Source: Podarcis liolepis
Taxonomy: Eukaryota
Strand: one strand, 5' to 3'
Length of the DNA stretch: 64,000 nucleotides
NCBI GenBank assembly: GCA_965112155.1
Contig: OZ218099.1
The notes under the pieces were generated by a model. It worked only from the letters and a program-made list of their open reading frames with translations, had not been told where the DNA came from and made no database searches. Each line of letters begins with the position of its first letter. Position 1 is the stretch's first letter. Below are positions 1-12,200 of this stretch, piece by piece. Both the position numbers and the translations under genes were made by a program.

Positions 1-543
1 AAGAATCTGAAGAACACTGTATATACACTTTTCGGTACACCCCCTTTACTCCTTTAATTTGTTATTTGCTGCCAGAGGCTGTCGACTAGAAGCCTAGGTG
101 AAGAATTAACTCCATTCCCCAAAAAATAACAGCCTGATTGTCTGCTTTGGTTATAGAAACGGAAGCTGCATTTCAAAATATAAACGGCGATATCACTCAA
201 ACTGGTTCAAAACAAACCCAAAAGTGTAAGAGAAAAAGGGTACATGAAGAAACCAACCAAGGCAGCAAGGATAGGGTATTAACACTCAAGACCTAATTTA
301 TACCGCTTGAGTACTTTGATCAATAAAAGTAGGCCTAAAAACACCAAGTCTGACAGTGTTCTGATATTTAATAAGTGGGGAAAAATTTTCCAAATTAGCA
401 AGCGTTTAATCACTCTAGGTTACATAAGTACAGCAAGCTTCTGCCGTAATTGGAGTTGCATACCAAGCAAGGAACAGGCTTAACTTGATTTGAGCAGGGA
501 TAGTATAAGACAAAATAGTAATACTACTTTCCCCACAACAATG

Positions 544-709
544 NNNNNNNNNNNNNNNNNNNNNNNNNNNNNNNNNNNNNNNNNNNNNNNNNNNNNNNNN
601 NNNNNNNNNNNNNNNNNNNNNNNNNNNNNNNNNNNNNNNNNNNNNNNNNNNNNNNNNNNNNNNNNNNNNNNNNNNNNNNNNNNNNNNNNNNNNNNNNNNN
701 NNNNNNNNN
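544..709. other. Assembly gap (166 N) in the H3-3B 3' region
   Basis: Run of N from 544 to 709. Confidence 0.99.
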
Positions 710-792
710 GAAAGTCCACATTCTATCACAGTGATGTATGGTCAGACTTAACAGCCCCAATTGTTAAACACTTGGATCAAGTTATAACCAGT

Positions 793-798
793 TTTATT
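793..798 (-). terminator. H3-3B: Proximal poly(A) signal (AATAAA) of H3-3B; ATTAAA variants at 405-410 and 367-372 are distal candidates
   Basis: tttatt on + about 335 nt past the stop codon. H3.3 mRNAs are polyadenylated. Confidence 0.6.
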
Positions 799-1130
799 GC
801 AAAAAGACCCTGTACACATTTATATCAATTCTAGTACCTTACAATTTTAGCTACCCAACAAGTCATTAACATACAGAAACATGCATGAAAAGCAAGAAAG
901 ATCACCCATCCCTTCTGCATATTAGCAACTTGTCACTGTTGAGCAACAAAGCTCACATCACTGAGTTTTTATGTGAACAGTCACTTTTAGCATTCATCCT
1001 GAGTGAAAGATGGAATGACTTAAGTACAAATGTAACATATTATAAACAATTTCATACAAAAAAAAGTCACAAATTGAAACCAAAGTATTTTACAGAATTT
1101 ACTACAAAACACCATAAAAACTGCCTCCTC

Positions 1131-1537
<407 letters not shown>

Positions 1538-1800
1538 TTAGTAGAATAGTGTGAACAAGGCCCCAAGCTGTGATACCTAAACTCAGATCTTGCCAGCAGA
1601 AAAGCATTCCTGAAAATGGCGCAAAGTGTGCTGCGGAGTGGGCAACCACTTCCCTAAACCAGACTCTACTTTAAGGTACTGTCAATACAGGCCTTATCAT
1701 CTCTTTAAGTGCGTAGATATGAACCCCGGCCTGCTTTCCGGAATTCATTGCTGTTAAAAAAAAAAGACACACGTTCTTATTTCCACCCTCCCTTTAATTA

Positions 1801-1935
<135 letters not shown>

Positions 1936-2451
1936 TTATTTATTTTTTTACTAAGAGGAAAAAGCAAACGAGATGTTAGCAACGGAATACCTTCCCTTCT
2001 AACTCTTTAGTATTTTCCCTACCACTTCGTGCCAGTTTCCACTAACCTCCTCCCCTCCCCGCCACTCTTCGGAGGAACTGCAGCGCAAGACGAATAGTAG
2101 CAGATGTCAGGGCGCTGCTCCCTCCGCGGCGGCCAACGGAGGACATTCCCGGGGGAATAGGAACGAGGAGTCACGCTGCCTCCCGCCCACGCGCGGTAGT
2201 AGTAGAACCGAAGCCACGATTCCGCTCCATTCCACCCCCGCCGGTAGTTACGTTGCCATGACTACGACTATTGGACTATCTCATTCCTCTCCCCCCCCCC
2301 ATACACACCGCGGGCCAAGCGGAACAAAGCGGCCTTCACCACCCCTCCCCCACCACTCATGAAACACGGCCCAAAATACGAGAAATACACGTCCACCTTC
2401 CCCGCCCCCACCCACCGCCCCCCTCTCCGGCCGCCCCAAGCCGAAACTCAC

Positions 2452-2540
2452 CACTTTCAGGAACGGAGCCTTTAAAAACACTTCCGCTCCTAGCAGCCGC
2501 GAGGTACACGTCCTACTCCTTCCTCAACGAACCCGCAACT
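2452..2540 (-). other. H3-3B: Non-coding exon 1 of H3-3B (5' end approximate)
   Basis: Donor GTG|gtgagt after 2452; TATA box about 30 nt upstream; intron 1 acceptor ttcctcttag before 1950. Confidence 0.7.
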
Positions 2541-2566
2541 GTCCCCTCCCCGGCGCGGGGACACTG

Positions 2567-2815
2567 TATTTATAGAGGGAGGGGGCCGAGAACGTCATGA
2601 CCTCACAATACAGACACGCAGCGCACGGAGCCATTGGCGTCTACCTCCGTTGGCGCCGTGACGTTAACTGACACAAAGGCCGTTTCCCCGAATCTCGGCC
2701 GTGATTGGATGAAACCTCGACAGCCGATTGGTTGCTAAAGCTGCATTCCGATTGGACATCGTGAGCTGAAGCAGACCAATCGGAATTGGAGCCCAGGAGA
2801 AGGTTGTGATTGGCC
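2567..2815 (-). promoter_or_regulatory. H3-3B: H3-3B promoter: TATAAATA (2574-2567), CRE-like TGACGT/TGACCTCA (2592-2605), multiple CCAAT boxes, in a CpG island
   Basis: Motifs read directly; CpG-rich sequence from about 1800 to 2950. Confidence 0.8.
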
Positions 2816-5199
2816 GGCAGAAAACATAGTTTGGATCCTACTTTTTGTTGCAAAGCTCCACAATGGAAAGTCAATGGGAAAGAAAAGCTGTCCGTTTGGA
2901 GTGTCCCAGGCTGAATGAGGCGGGTAAACAGAAGGAAATACTGCCACATAAATTATTGTAGGAGGGAAAATGGTAAAGCCAGGTAGGAAGGTTGCAGTCG
3001 TATTTGAATATATCTGACTGTTTAGCGTCAGACCAAGTGGTACGAATAAAGGAAACTTCAAATATAAGTCAATAATTATTTTCTAAACAATATTGCACAG
3101 AACACGGATTATTTATTAAACAATATTGCACAGAACACAGATTAAAACGCCCCTTTAAAATGCCCTTCACATAATCATAACTCAAATATACTAAGGTTGC
3201 AAATTTTATATTTTTTTCAGTTTAACAGTATATAGAAGACAAATATTTCTTAGTCAAATTTAGTGGGTAAAATACAAATACTTTGGTAGGAAAACTATTA
3301 CTCTATTTGGTACTCTAGCTGGCTTGCATGATCAAATAAATACCTGCAATAAGTAACATATACATATTTACAAAACAAAACATTTAAAATATGAAAAGTT
3401 CCTATTTAGCAAATACACATTATGTTAAGTGATTTTAGCTTCTTTATACAAACTCCCTGCAGTTTCTAGGATGAGGGCCTAATACTGCAGTCTGGTGTGA
3501 AATGCAATGAGAAGTATAGACTACTGATATGTACAAAACTATTGACATATTTTCTTATACATCTTATATATGAAGTGCATCCTAATTAAAAGCAATATAC
3601 CTGATTCTATTAAAACACAGGTATTGCATTCTCTAAATTCATGTATTACTGATCACACAATAGCTAATGATTACATTAATTAATCCTACAGTTCTAGTAT
3701 TTAACAGGATGCAATTTTGACAAGTCTATTATTCTTTCTAATCATAGTGTACTATAAGGTAATAGTACCAAAAAAGACAAACTGTTGGTAAGGTTTGAAA
3801 ATGCCTTCAGATACAGCAAAACCAATTACATAATCTTTACTAGCCTGGGCATTTCTGTTGAAAGGAAGACGCATCTCAAAATTGTTTCACACTCAGTGCT
3901 GAAATTGCATTATATGTGCAGTCAAGATGAAATTGAAGATATAAACAATGGGACATATACTGCACACCTTATGAAATCCTGCTCCCCCACTGGCTCACAG
4001 AAATTTTATTACAGTGATAAAAGATTACTAATACGAGTGGCATGAAGATGCACAACATTTGCATTTCCAAACAGGTGTGACCAAATGCTGTTCATTTTAA
4101 GCACTATATTTTGTTACTGAACATCAAACATAGAAAATAGTTGTACTTTTGTGTACTTATTTTTATTTAGTTGTAGTGTATGTACTATAATCACTTTCCT
4201 GGGTGTGAACACTATTGAACTTTGTGGGACTTCTGAGTAAACATATATATTACTGTGGTGTTAGAACACCCAAGTTTCACAGAACAGACACCACGACACT
4301 GCCACACTCCTTCCCACTAGAAAAAAGGTCTAAATGCTTATAAATTGATTGCAAAATCAAATACTAATTATTGTTCTATTGAATACCTTTAACTTTCCTC
4401 CTTTTCTTTGCCATGGTATACTTATTTGGTCAATCTACAATGAGACAAACTGGACACATAGGTATGTCCCCCTTAATGATAATAACAATGCAATAAATGA
4501 TTTATTGGGTTCCTCAAAGCATTTGTGTATTAGATCAAATGAACTAAATTGAAGTCTGCAGGAGTAGGACTAATGACTAGAGATTTGTGATATTTATTTA
4601 TTTAACAAAACCACTTGGTTGTTATAAAACCCATACACATAAAGAGTGAGATAGACAAATAAGTTAACTAGCGGAGGTGGGAGACTTTCGACATACTGTA
4701 TAAGATTAGTAAGTCTGTCTTGCACACCTATCAATAAGAATATAAGTCTAAGAAAATCGTATTGCGATGAAACTATTCTACCAACACCCAGCCATAAACT
4801 TATGATTTGCTGCTGATAGCACAAGACTTGCTTCAGAGATCCCAGCATCACACAAGGGCAATCTTTCACTCAAATAGCACTATCATTGCTGCTTACGTTC
4901 AAAGAAGCATACCCCTTACCAATAACAGAAGCATTATAACATGGGGGAGAGAGGCAATCAATTCCTTGTATCCCACCAGTCCAGGATATCTTTGGCTTCT
5001 AATTCCAGTATAGCTTTGCCCTGTTTAAGAACTGAATCAAAGCAATTTCCCATTTGCTTTTAAGGGCAAGCACCTTTCTGTGCTAGTTGATTTCCACACC
5101 AACATAGTTTGCATGGCTTTGTGTAAATGTGTAAGTTCCTGGAGGGGACTGGGGCTGCTGTGCTGCTTTCCTGGTCGTCCTCCTGCCATACTACCATCA

Positions 5200-5313
5200 G
5201 CTAAGCCATGGTTTGGCTTACTATGTCTGAACCTGGGCTCATGGTTTGTCTTGCTCTAGACAAACCGTGGTTCTGGCTTTGGAGGACACCGCTAGGCCAA
5301 GCCATGGCTTAGC
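5200..5313. repeat. Palindromic MITE-like inverted repeat
   Basis: GCTAAGCCATGGTTTGGCTTA (5200-5220) pairs with TAGGCCAAGCCATGGCTTAGC (5293-5313); inner arms CATGGTTTGTC / GACAAACCGTG. Confidence 0.6.
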
Positions 5314-5859
5314 CCGGAGCAATAGGAGAACTAGGGAAGAATGTAGCACCTGTGATCTCTCTGGGAACTTGCATGTTGTGGTGTCAGCCTGTGCTTGCAT
5401 CACAAATACAATAAGAGATAGGATTAAGCTGTGTCTTTGGCCCTAACCAGTTTCAAACTGGGCAATAACTGAGTATTCCAGTCCTCATGTTCGCTCCTTG
5501 ACTCCAGATGTTAAAGGATAAGCAAGACGAAAGCCTACTCTCACCACATATATAACACTAACAGGATGAAACATTGTACCTGAAATATTGCCATAAAGAG
5601 GCTAAAAGTGTGTTGGGGGGGGTAAAGATTCCAACCCTTCTAAAGAAAGTTTAAAAGGCATGTTCAGCCCAAAAGTTTACTTGGAAATTAGTCCAAATGG
5701 CTTCATTTCTGAATAAATATTGTAAAAGTCTGGGAGCATAAGACTTCAGTCCTATGCAAACTTTAAGCCACACTGAACAGTGTATGGGTCACTTTCAAGC
5801 CAACATGCATAGCAGTGTGCTGCATAGAAACCAGCATAATATACTTAAGTAGGAAGATA

Positions 5860-6085
5860 CAGTGGTACCTCGGGTTACATACGCTTTAGGTTACAGACTC
5901 CGCTAACCCAGAAATATTACCTCGGGTTAAGAACTTTGCTTCAGGATGAGAACAGAAATTGTGCTCCGGCGGCACGGCAGCAGCAGGAGGCCCCATTAGC
6001 TAAAGTGGTGCTTCAGGTTAAGAACAGTTTCAGGTTAAGAATGGACCTCTGGAACGAATTAAGTACTTAACCCGAGGTACCACTG
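5860..6085. mobile_element. Tc1/mariner (Tigger/pogo-like) MITE
   Basis: TIRs CAGTGGTACCTCGGGTTA ... TAACCCGAGGTACCACTG; TA on the left flank; close copy at 18386. Confidence 0.85.
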
Positions 6086-6549
6086 TGCTCAGTACTGCAT
6101 ATGATTTGACCCATGCCAACTACACAACTGAAAGAGGTAAAGCACCTTGTCTTCTGAAATGTTCTATGTAAATAAATTTATGTGCAATAAAGTCATTGCA
6201 TTAACAATGGCTATACATATCTAGTTATTACTGTAAAGGTTTAACCATTTTATAGGTAAGTGGCATAGTTTATGACAAACTATTATATTTACTCAGACAC
6301 CTCACAACAGCAGACAATAGCTCATCCTGTTCTAATGATAGATTCTATGAGAAGGATTTCGTCTAATCAACTGTTTTAAAGCCCCGATTTTCTCTCGGTA
6401 TAGAAGCTGTCGTTGTCAACCAGAATTGCATACAGTACTGATTTGCCATCTTAAAACTACATAAACATCCTACAGTTTTTTACCAGAAGAACTAGTGCAC
6501 AGACTCCTACATCTGCATTCCTACATCTGCGCTTGCTGACATTTGCTTC

Positions 6550-7600
6550 CAAGTGAACATCGTTTGGATCGGGCTGTATCAGTTTTACGTGCGGCTAAAT
6601 TGTTCAAAACGCTTCGAGGCTTGCATAGCGCTGCTTCTGCTTAGATCCGCTTGATGGCAATCCATGGAGGAACTCATCCGAACTACAACTCCTATGAAAC
6701 CCCGCGCTGTTGCACAATCCGGGGCAGCGAGCGCAGGGCACCCCTGGAAGTTGTAGTTTCATTGGCCGGAAGCCCAGTAGAAGAAAAGGGGGACTTTCCG
6801 CCATCACCGGGACTACAAGCCCCAGCATGCTTTGGGTAACCCGGGGCGGTAATGGCGGCGGCAGCGCCTGCGCATTGCGGTCTCCGTGCGGACCGCGCAG
6901 AGTGAATAATAAAGCTCTCCTCCTCGGTGGTAGCGGGCGGCGGCGGAGGGAGTGGAAGGCAGGAGCATGTCGAAGGGCCCGGTAGCGACCGGGCCTCCCG
7001 CGACCGGGCCGGTGGCGCCCGCCAGCGCGCTCCAGGCGCAGCCCGAGAAGCCGCAGCACTACACGTACGTAGCGAGAACACCCGCAGCCGCCACTTACTG
7101 CTGCTGCGACCGCCGCCGCCGCACCCCTCCGCCCGGCACCCGCCCGCGCGCCACACACGCCTGACGTCAGCGTGCGGCTCGCGCGCACGGAAGCCAACCG
7201 CCCGCCCGGAACCGGCTGGAACCGGTCGTGGCCGGCCTGGGCCGGTGGAATTTCGCCTGAGTGGGAGGGGGCGGGGCGGGAGCTGACACCCCCCCGCCGC
7301 CGCGCGCTTTTCCGTTCCCGCGCGCGAGTGCGCGCGCAAGAACAACCCCACATACATAATACACACACCCCACAAGCTGAGGCGCGCGATACCCATGATG
7401 CGTTGCGGCTCGCGCACCCCATGGCTCCCTTTACGTTGACTTGAGGGGGGTAGTGGGTACCTCTTTTAATCTTCCTCGCCCCCCTTTCCCCAAATCATCT
7501 GTTTTGTACTTGGTAGTGTCTCTCTCTCTCTCGGCTCTGCCTTCTTCCGCTTAGTAAAACGGTAATGCGTCTTTCCATGCCGCCAAGTAGGACGGTTGTG
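6550..7600 (+). promoter_or_regulatory. UNK: UNK CpG-island promoter with ZNF143/THAP11-type ACTACA motifs, CCAAT, ETS (CCGGAAG), YY1-like AATGGCG, NRF1 (GCGCCTGCGCA) and an intronic CRE TGACGTCA (7162-7169)
   Basis: High GC and CpG; motifs at 6682, 6746-6758, 6761-6772, 6812-6830, 6851 and 6864. Confidence 0.8.
6967..7064 (+). CDS. UNK: UNK exon 1 (MSKGPVATGPPATGPVAPASALQAQPEKPQHYT)
   Basis: agcATGt start; donor AC|gtacgt; phase 2. Confidence 0.93.
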
Positions 7601-9162
7601 AACTCAAATGTTGGAAAAACAAGTGGTTTAGTTTACTATGTTTATATATAATCTTCGCTTTCTTTCTTTCTCAAGTACTAACCTCGTGTTAACGGCCGTG
7701 GGCTTGTGGTAAACACAAATAAGGGCATCCTTTATCTTATTTCGAACTGTGTTTTCAAGAGTAAAGGGACCATCCCATAAAATCTAAGCTGCTCTTTGCC
7801 AGAGCTTTGACTTTCTTTGCTGTTCTTCCTTGGCACTGGGTTAGTTTGTCTTTCTCTCGGGAGATGCCCCGTTAAAATTTCAAGAATAAGGGAAGCTGTG
7901 GTGTGTGTTCTGTGAAGTAAAGGATGCCAAGCCCAGGAGAAACGTTATGTAGAGTAAATTGCTATATTTCTAGGGGGGAAATGGTAACAAAAGAGAGAGC
8001 AGAAAATAGTGTTTTTTCTCAGTCGCTGTAGTACAAAATGCTTTGGTAGAAAAATGTCAAAGGGATACTGAGTTCTGAAATAAACGGCCTGTTAGTGTTC
8101 TGTGGCAATTGTGTGAGGAAAGTATTGTTTTCACTCCATTCAGAAATCCTGGTAAATTCTCTTGTGACCTAATTCTGTGAATAACTGGCTAAGCAAATGC
8201 AGGTATTTTGGACCAGACAGTGAATTATGTGCCACTGGTGACATCACCAACCTCTGTAGCATTGCACTGCAGGTGCAAATCCACAAAGGATGCTAGTACC
8301 TTGGCATAGTGTTGTGGGACAGTGGTACTATGCTAGAAACAGCCTTCATTTCTGTATGTGTCTTGTGGTATAATGCAAAGCTAATATATGGCATAGAATT
8401 GGCCAGAAATGAAGTACAGTCAGGTTAGAACTAAGAAAGTGCAACCCTTCATGTATCTTAGGCTGCAATCCTATACAGTGGTACCTCGGTTTAAGAACAG
8501 TCCTGTTTAAGAACGATTTGGTTTACAAACTCCGCAAAACCGGAAGTAGTGTCCCGGTTTGCGAACTTTACCTTGGTCTAAGAACAGAATCCAAATGGTG
8601 GAAGGGCACCAGTGGCGGGAGGCCTCATTAGGTAAAGCGTGCCTTGGTTTAAGAACGGTTTCGGTTTAAGAACGGAATTCCGGAACGGATTAAGTTCGTA
8701 AACTGAGGTACCACTGTACCTACATTCCTTGGACTAAACCCATTGAACTCAATAGGGCATACTTCTGATTGGACATGTGAATTGTCTCAAGGATATGGAG
8801 AAGTGGAATAAAAATGTTGTAAATCAATAAAATGCTTCAGAGCTAGTAATACCGCTACAAGTGGTCACTGTGTTTTAACTGATAACAAATGTTAGTGCAG
8901 AGTTGTCTTACTTGTAACACAGAAGATCCTGCTGCTGTAGCTTGCTCCAGTATACCTCCTCCATGCAAATGCTCATTTATTTAATAAGTTTTGAAATTAA
9001 TGGCTTCCCAGCCAGAATGTGGTACACTGCTTCAGGAGGCAAAGTTGAACAATAAAATAAATTGGATACATAACTGTTGTGCAAAATTGCTTGGGTATTT
9101 GTTCTGCTGCTCAATTGGGACTCAACCAATTTTAATATCAGGCCTAGTTTACAAGTATGACT

Positions 9163-9200
<38 letters not shown>

Positions 9201-12200
9201 TGGTGAAAGAAATGATACCAGGAATACAGTTCATAGGTGTGTTTTTTCATTTTTGCCTTGTGCGTGCATTTTGATTATTTTAAAGTTTACTGAACTCATC
9301 TGTGAGGTTTAAAAATCAGTTTTCTTGTAAAAATTTGCTCAGACAAGACTTGCTGGTAGACTTTGCAAATTGATGTTTCAAATGCAGTCTATTCTTTGCA
9401 TGATCACACGTATTTTACTATAGTAATCAGAGCTTATGCTGAAGTGTGAGCTTACTTAGGAGTAAGTGGGGTTAAGATTGCAGCCTTAGTGCAGCAAACG
9501 CATTTGTGTTCACAGAATGTAATGCTTGGTATTCATTTGCATTCATTTGCTTATATTTTTGGCATTTTTTGGTTTTTTGTTTTGTTTTTGCAATGAGAGA
9601 ACCACGTGTCTTCTGGTTCTGCTGACTAATCTGTCCTTGATCCCTTCTCTCAAAAAGTTACTAAAGTGTGCTGAATGTACTGAAGTTATTAATAAGTTAA
9701 TGTCTGCTTATAAGTGTAAGGAATTTCTTGCTGGACTGTTTCTTACATGCATATTTATGAAGTAATTAGTAATATGTGTATTTAATAGTGTGTTATGACT
9801 TCATCTACTGTGAGGAATTAAACAGTTGCCTTTTCAAAGTGAAAACTTTGAGAACTGAGATAATTGTTACTATACAAGTTGCTGATGACTGTAGATATCT
9901 CCCTGAAGAAACATTATTGTTGCTTGAATCTGCCTTCCCCAGAAAAAAAACTGACAGCCACTTTTCACCAGTGTTAGAAACTGAGATATGAAAGCTAGGA
10001 GCTAAATGGCACCTTAAACCTAGGTTATGGGTGCAACAATGGAATATCTAGGCACACTTTTTAATAACAAGAATTGTTGTTGTTTAGTCGTTTAGTCGTG
10101 TCCAACTCTTCGTGACCCCATGGACCAGAGCATGCCAGGCACTCCTGTCTTCCACTGCCTTCCGTAGTTTGGTCAAACTCATGCTGGCAGCCATCTCATC
10201 CTCTGTCGTCCCCTTCTCCTTGTGCCCTCAATCTTTCCCAACATCAGGGTCTTATAACAAGAATACAAAGCTGAAAATTAATGAACTGCAGTTAAAATAT
10301 TATGTTCATTTTTCATATGATCTAGTCCTTCCCCTACCTCCCTCCCTAATAGTCTTAAGAGGGTCTGTTCTCTAATCTTTGGAGAGTAGCTGGAAGTAAA
10401 AGGTAAAGAGACCCCTGACCATTAGGTCCAGTCGCGGACGACTCTGGGGTTGCGGCGCTCATCTTGCTTTACTGGCCAAGGGAGCTGGCGTACAGCTTCT
10501 GGGTCATGTGGCCAGCATGAGTAAGCTGCTTCTGGCGAACCAGAGCAGCGCACGGAAATGCCGTTTACCTTCCTGCCGGAATGATACCTATTTATCTACT
10601 TGCACTTGATGTGCTTTCGAACTGCTAAGTGGGCAGGAGCAGGGACCGAACAATGGGAGCTCACCCCATTGTGGGGATTCGAACCACCGACCTTCTGATC
10701 GGCAAGCCCTAGGCTCTGTAGGAGGCAGAAAAAGGTCTTCCTTTCTTTCCACTCCACAGTTTTAATCTGAAATCTTAGGCACAGTACTGCGCTCAGAGCT
10801 CAGAAACTGCTCACGCTAATGAAATTCCGTGTCACAAAATGCACATAGAATAATGAGAGTTTAGAACACTGCTTTCCACATTATATTAGGGACACTTAAA
10901 TACGATCAGTTATCATTTTTATGTCTAATTGTCTCATAATGAAACATGGTTAAGATGACTGAGTTCAGACATGCTGATCCACTTCTGGAGCCACAACATA
11001 CCTGTATCTTCTTTAGGCAGATACATATTTTCTTAAGCCTTTAAAATTTTAGGAGGGATTTTAATCTTGGAAATTAGAAGCAAGCAAATTTCCAATTTCC
11101 AATTTTGATAATTGGGTAAAGCAAAATAAAAACCCAGAGAGAGAGAGAGAGTATGTTCCTGTGTCCTTAACCAGCTGTACACCTTATACTGGTTAAAGTA
11201 GTTGGGCTTGAAACGGTAGCAACATTTTCTCTCTTTTATAAGATGTTGGAATGTATTGAGAATGGCAGGAATATAATTATGAAGGGGTTGTTGCTGGAAT
11301 GTAAAAGTAGTTTTTTGTATGCCATTTAAAAAACACAAATCTAGAAATTGTGGCTGTGTGAGAAAGATAAAATGTTTAGGCATTGGGCTGTTTGAAATAC
11401 AAAGCTAAACCATGGTTTTGGTGTTACTTAAACAACCCATCCCGCTCGCTGTTTTGGCTTCCCCTTTAGCCCCGCGCAGCCTCTCCTTGCCGGGAGAGGC
11501 TGTGTGGGGCTAAAGAAGCCATAGCCCCACGCAGCCTCTCCTTGCGGAGGGGTTGCGCGCAGCTATGGAAGCAGGCAAGGCAGCGAGCGGGATCTATCCC
11601 GCTCGCTGTTTTGGCTTCCCCTTTAGCCCCGTGCAGCCTCTCCTTGCCGGAGGGGTTGTGCGCAGCTATGGCAAAGCCTGCATTCGCATCTATAGGATGC
11701 ACACACATTTCCCCTCAATTTTTGGAGAGGAAAAACTGCGTCCAATAGAGCGAAAAATACGGTATTTACTGAAAATGCAATTGAAACGATTTCGTTTAAA
11801 TAGTGATGAACTTGATCCAGTGACACCAGTTTTTCAAAGTCATATAGTTATTTACATCTCCAGCACCTCCCTGCTGCCCCCGTGCCTCTAAGCTCCCCTC
11901 CCAGGTAATCCCACCCACCCCAGAGGGCTGTACTGCACACTATGGGAGCCACTGGTTAAAGTCATGTGTGAAGAAGGCAAGAAAGTGAGTGAAATCATAA
12001 AATCATAATACACTCCTGAATTTGCTTTCCTTTTTTGTAACACCACAGATAAAGTTATAAACAAAGGCGTGTCTGCTTAAGGTGACAGTTCAATCAATGA
12101 GTATGACTGATAGATAATTCTATCAGTCAACCATTAGCTCTTCCACTTGCAATTTTCAGAGCAGCTATTAAAAGGGAAAGCCTGTATAAGAGACAGTAAG

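Noticed and set aside
415-834. ORFs spanning the N run
   Set aside because: Artefacts of the assembly gap.
6604-7444. Long overlapping ORFs (272, 241 and 119 aa) in the UNK CpG island
   Set aside because: Stop codons are depleted in GC-rich DNA; the products are Arg/Gly/Ala/Pro-rich with no recognisable domain.
10660-10719. tRNA-like B-box sequences here and near 18243
   Set aside because: They are SINE heads; no complete cloverleaf.
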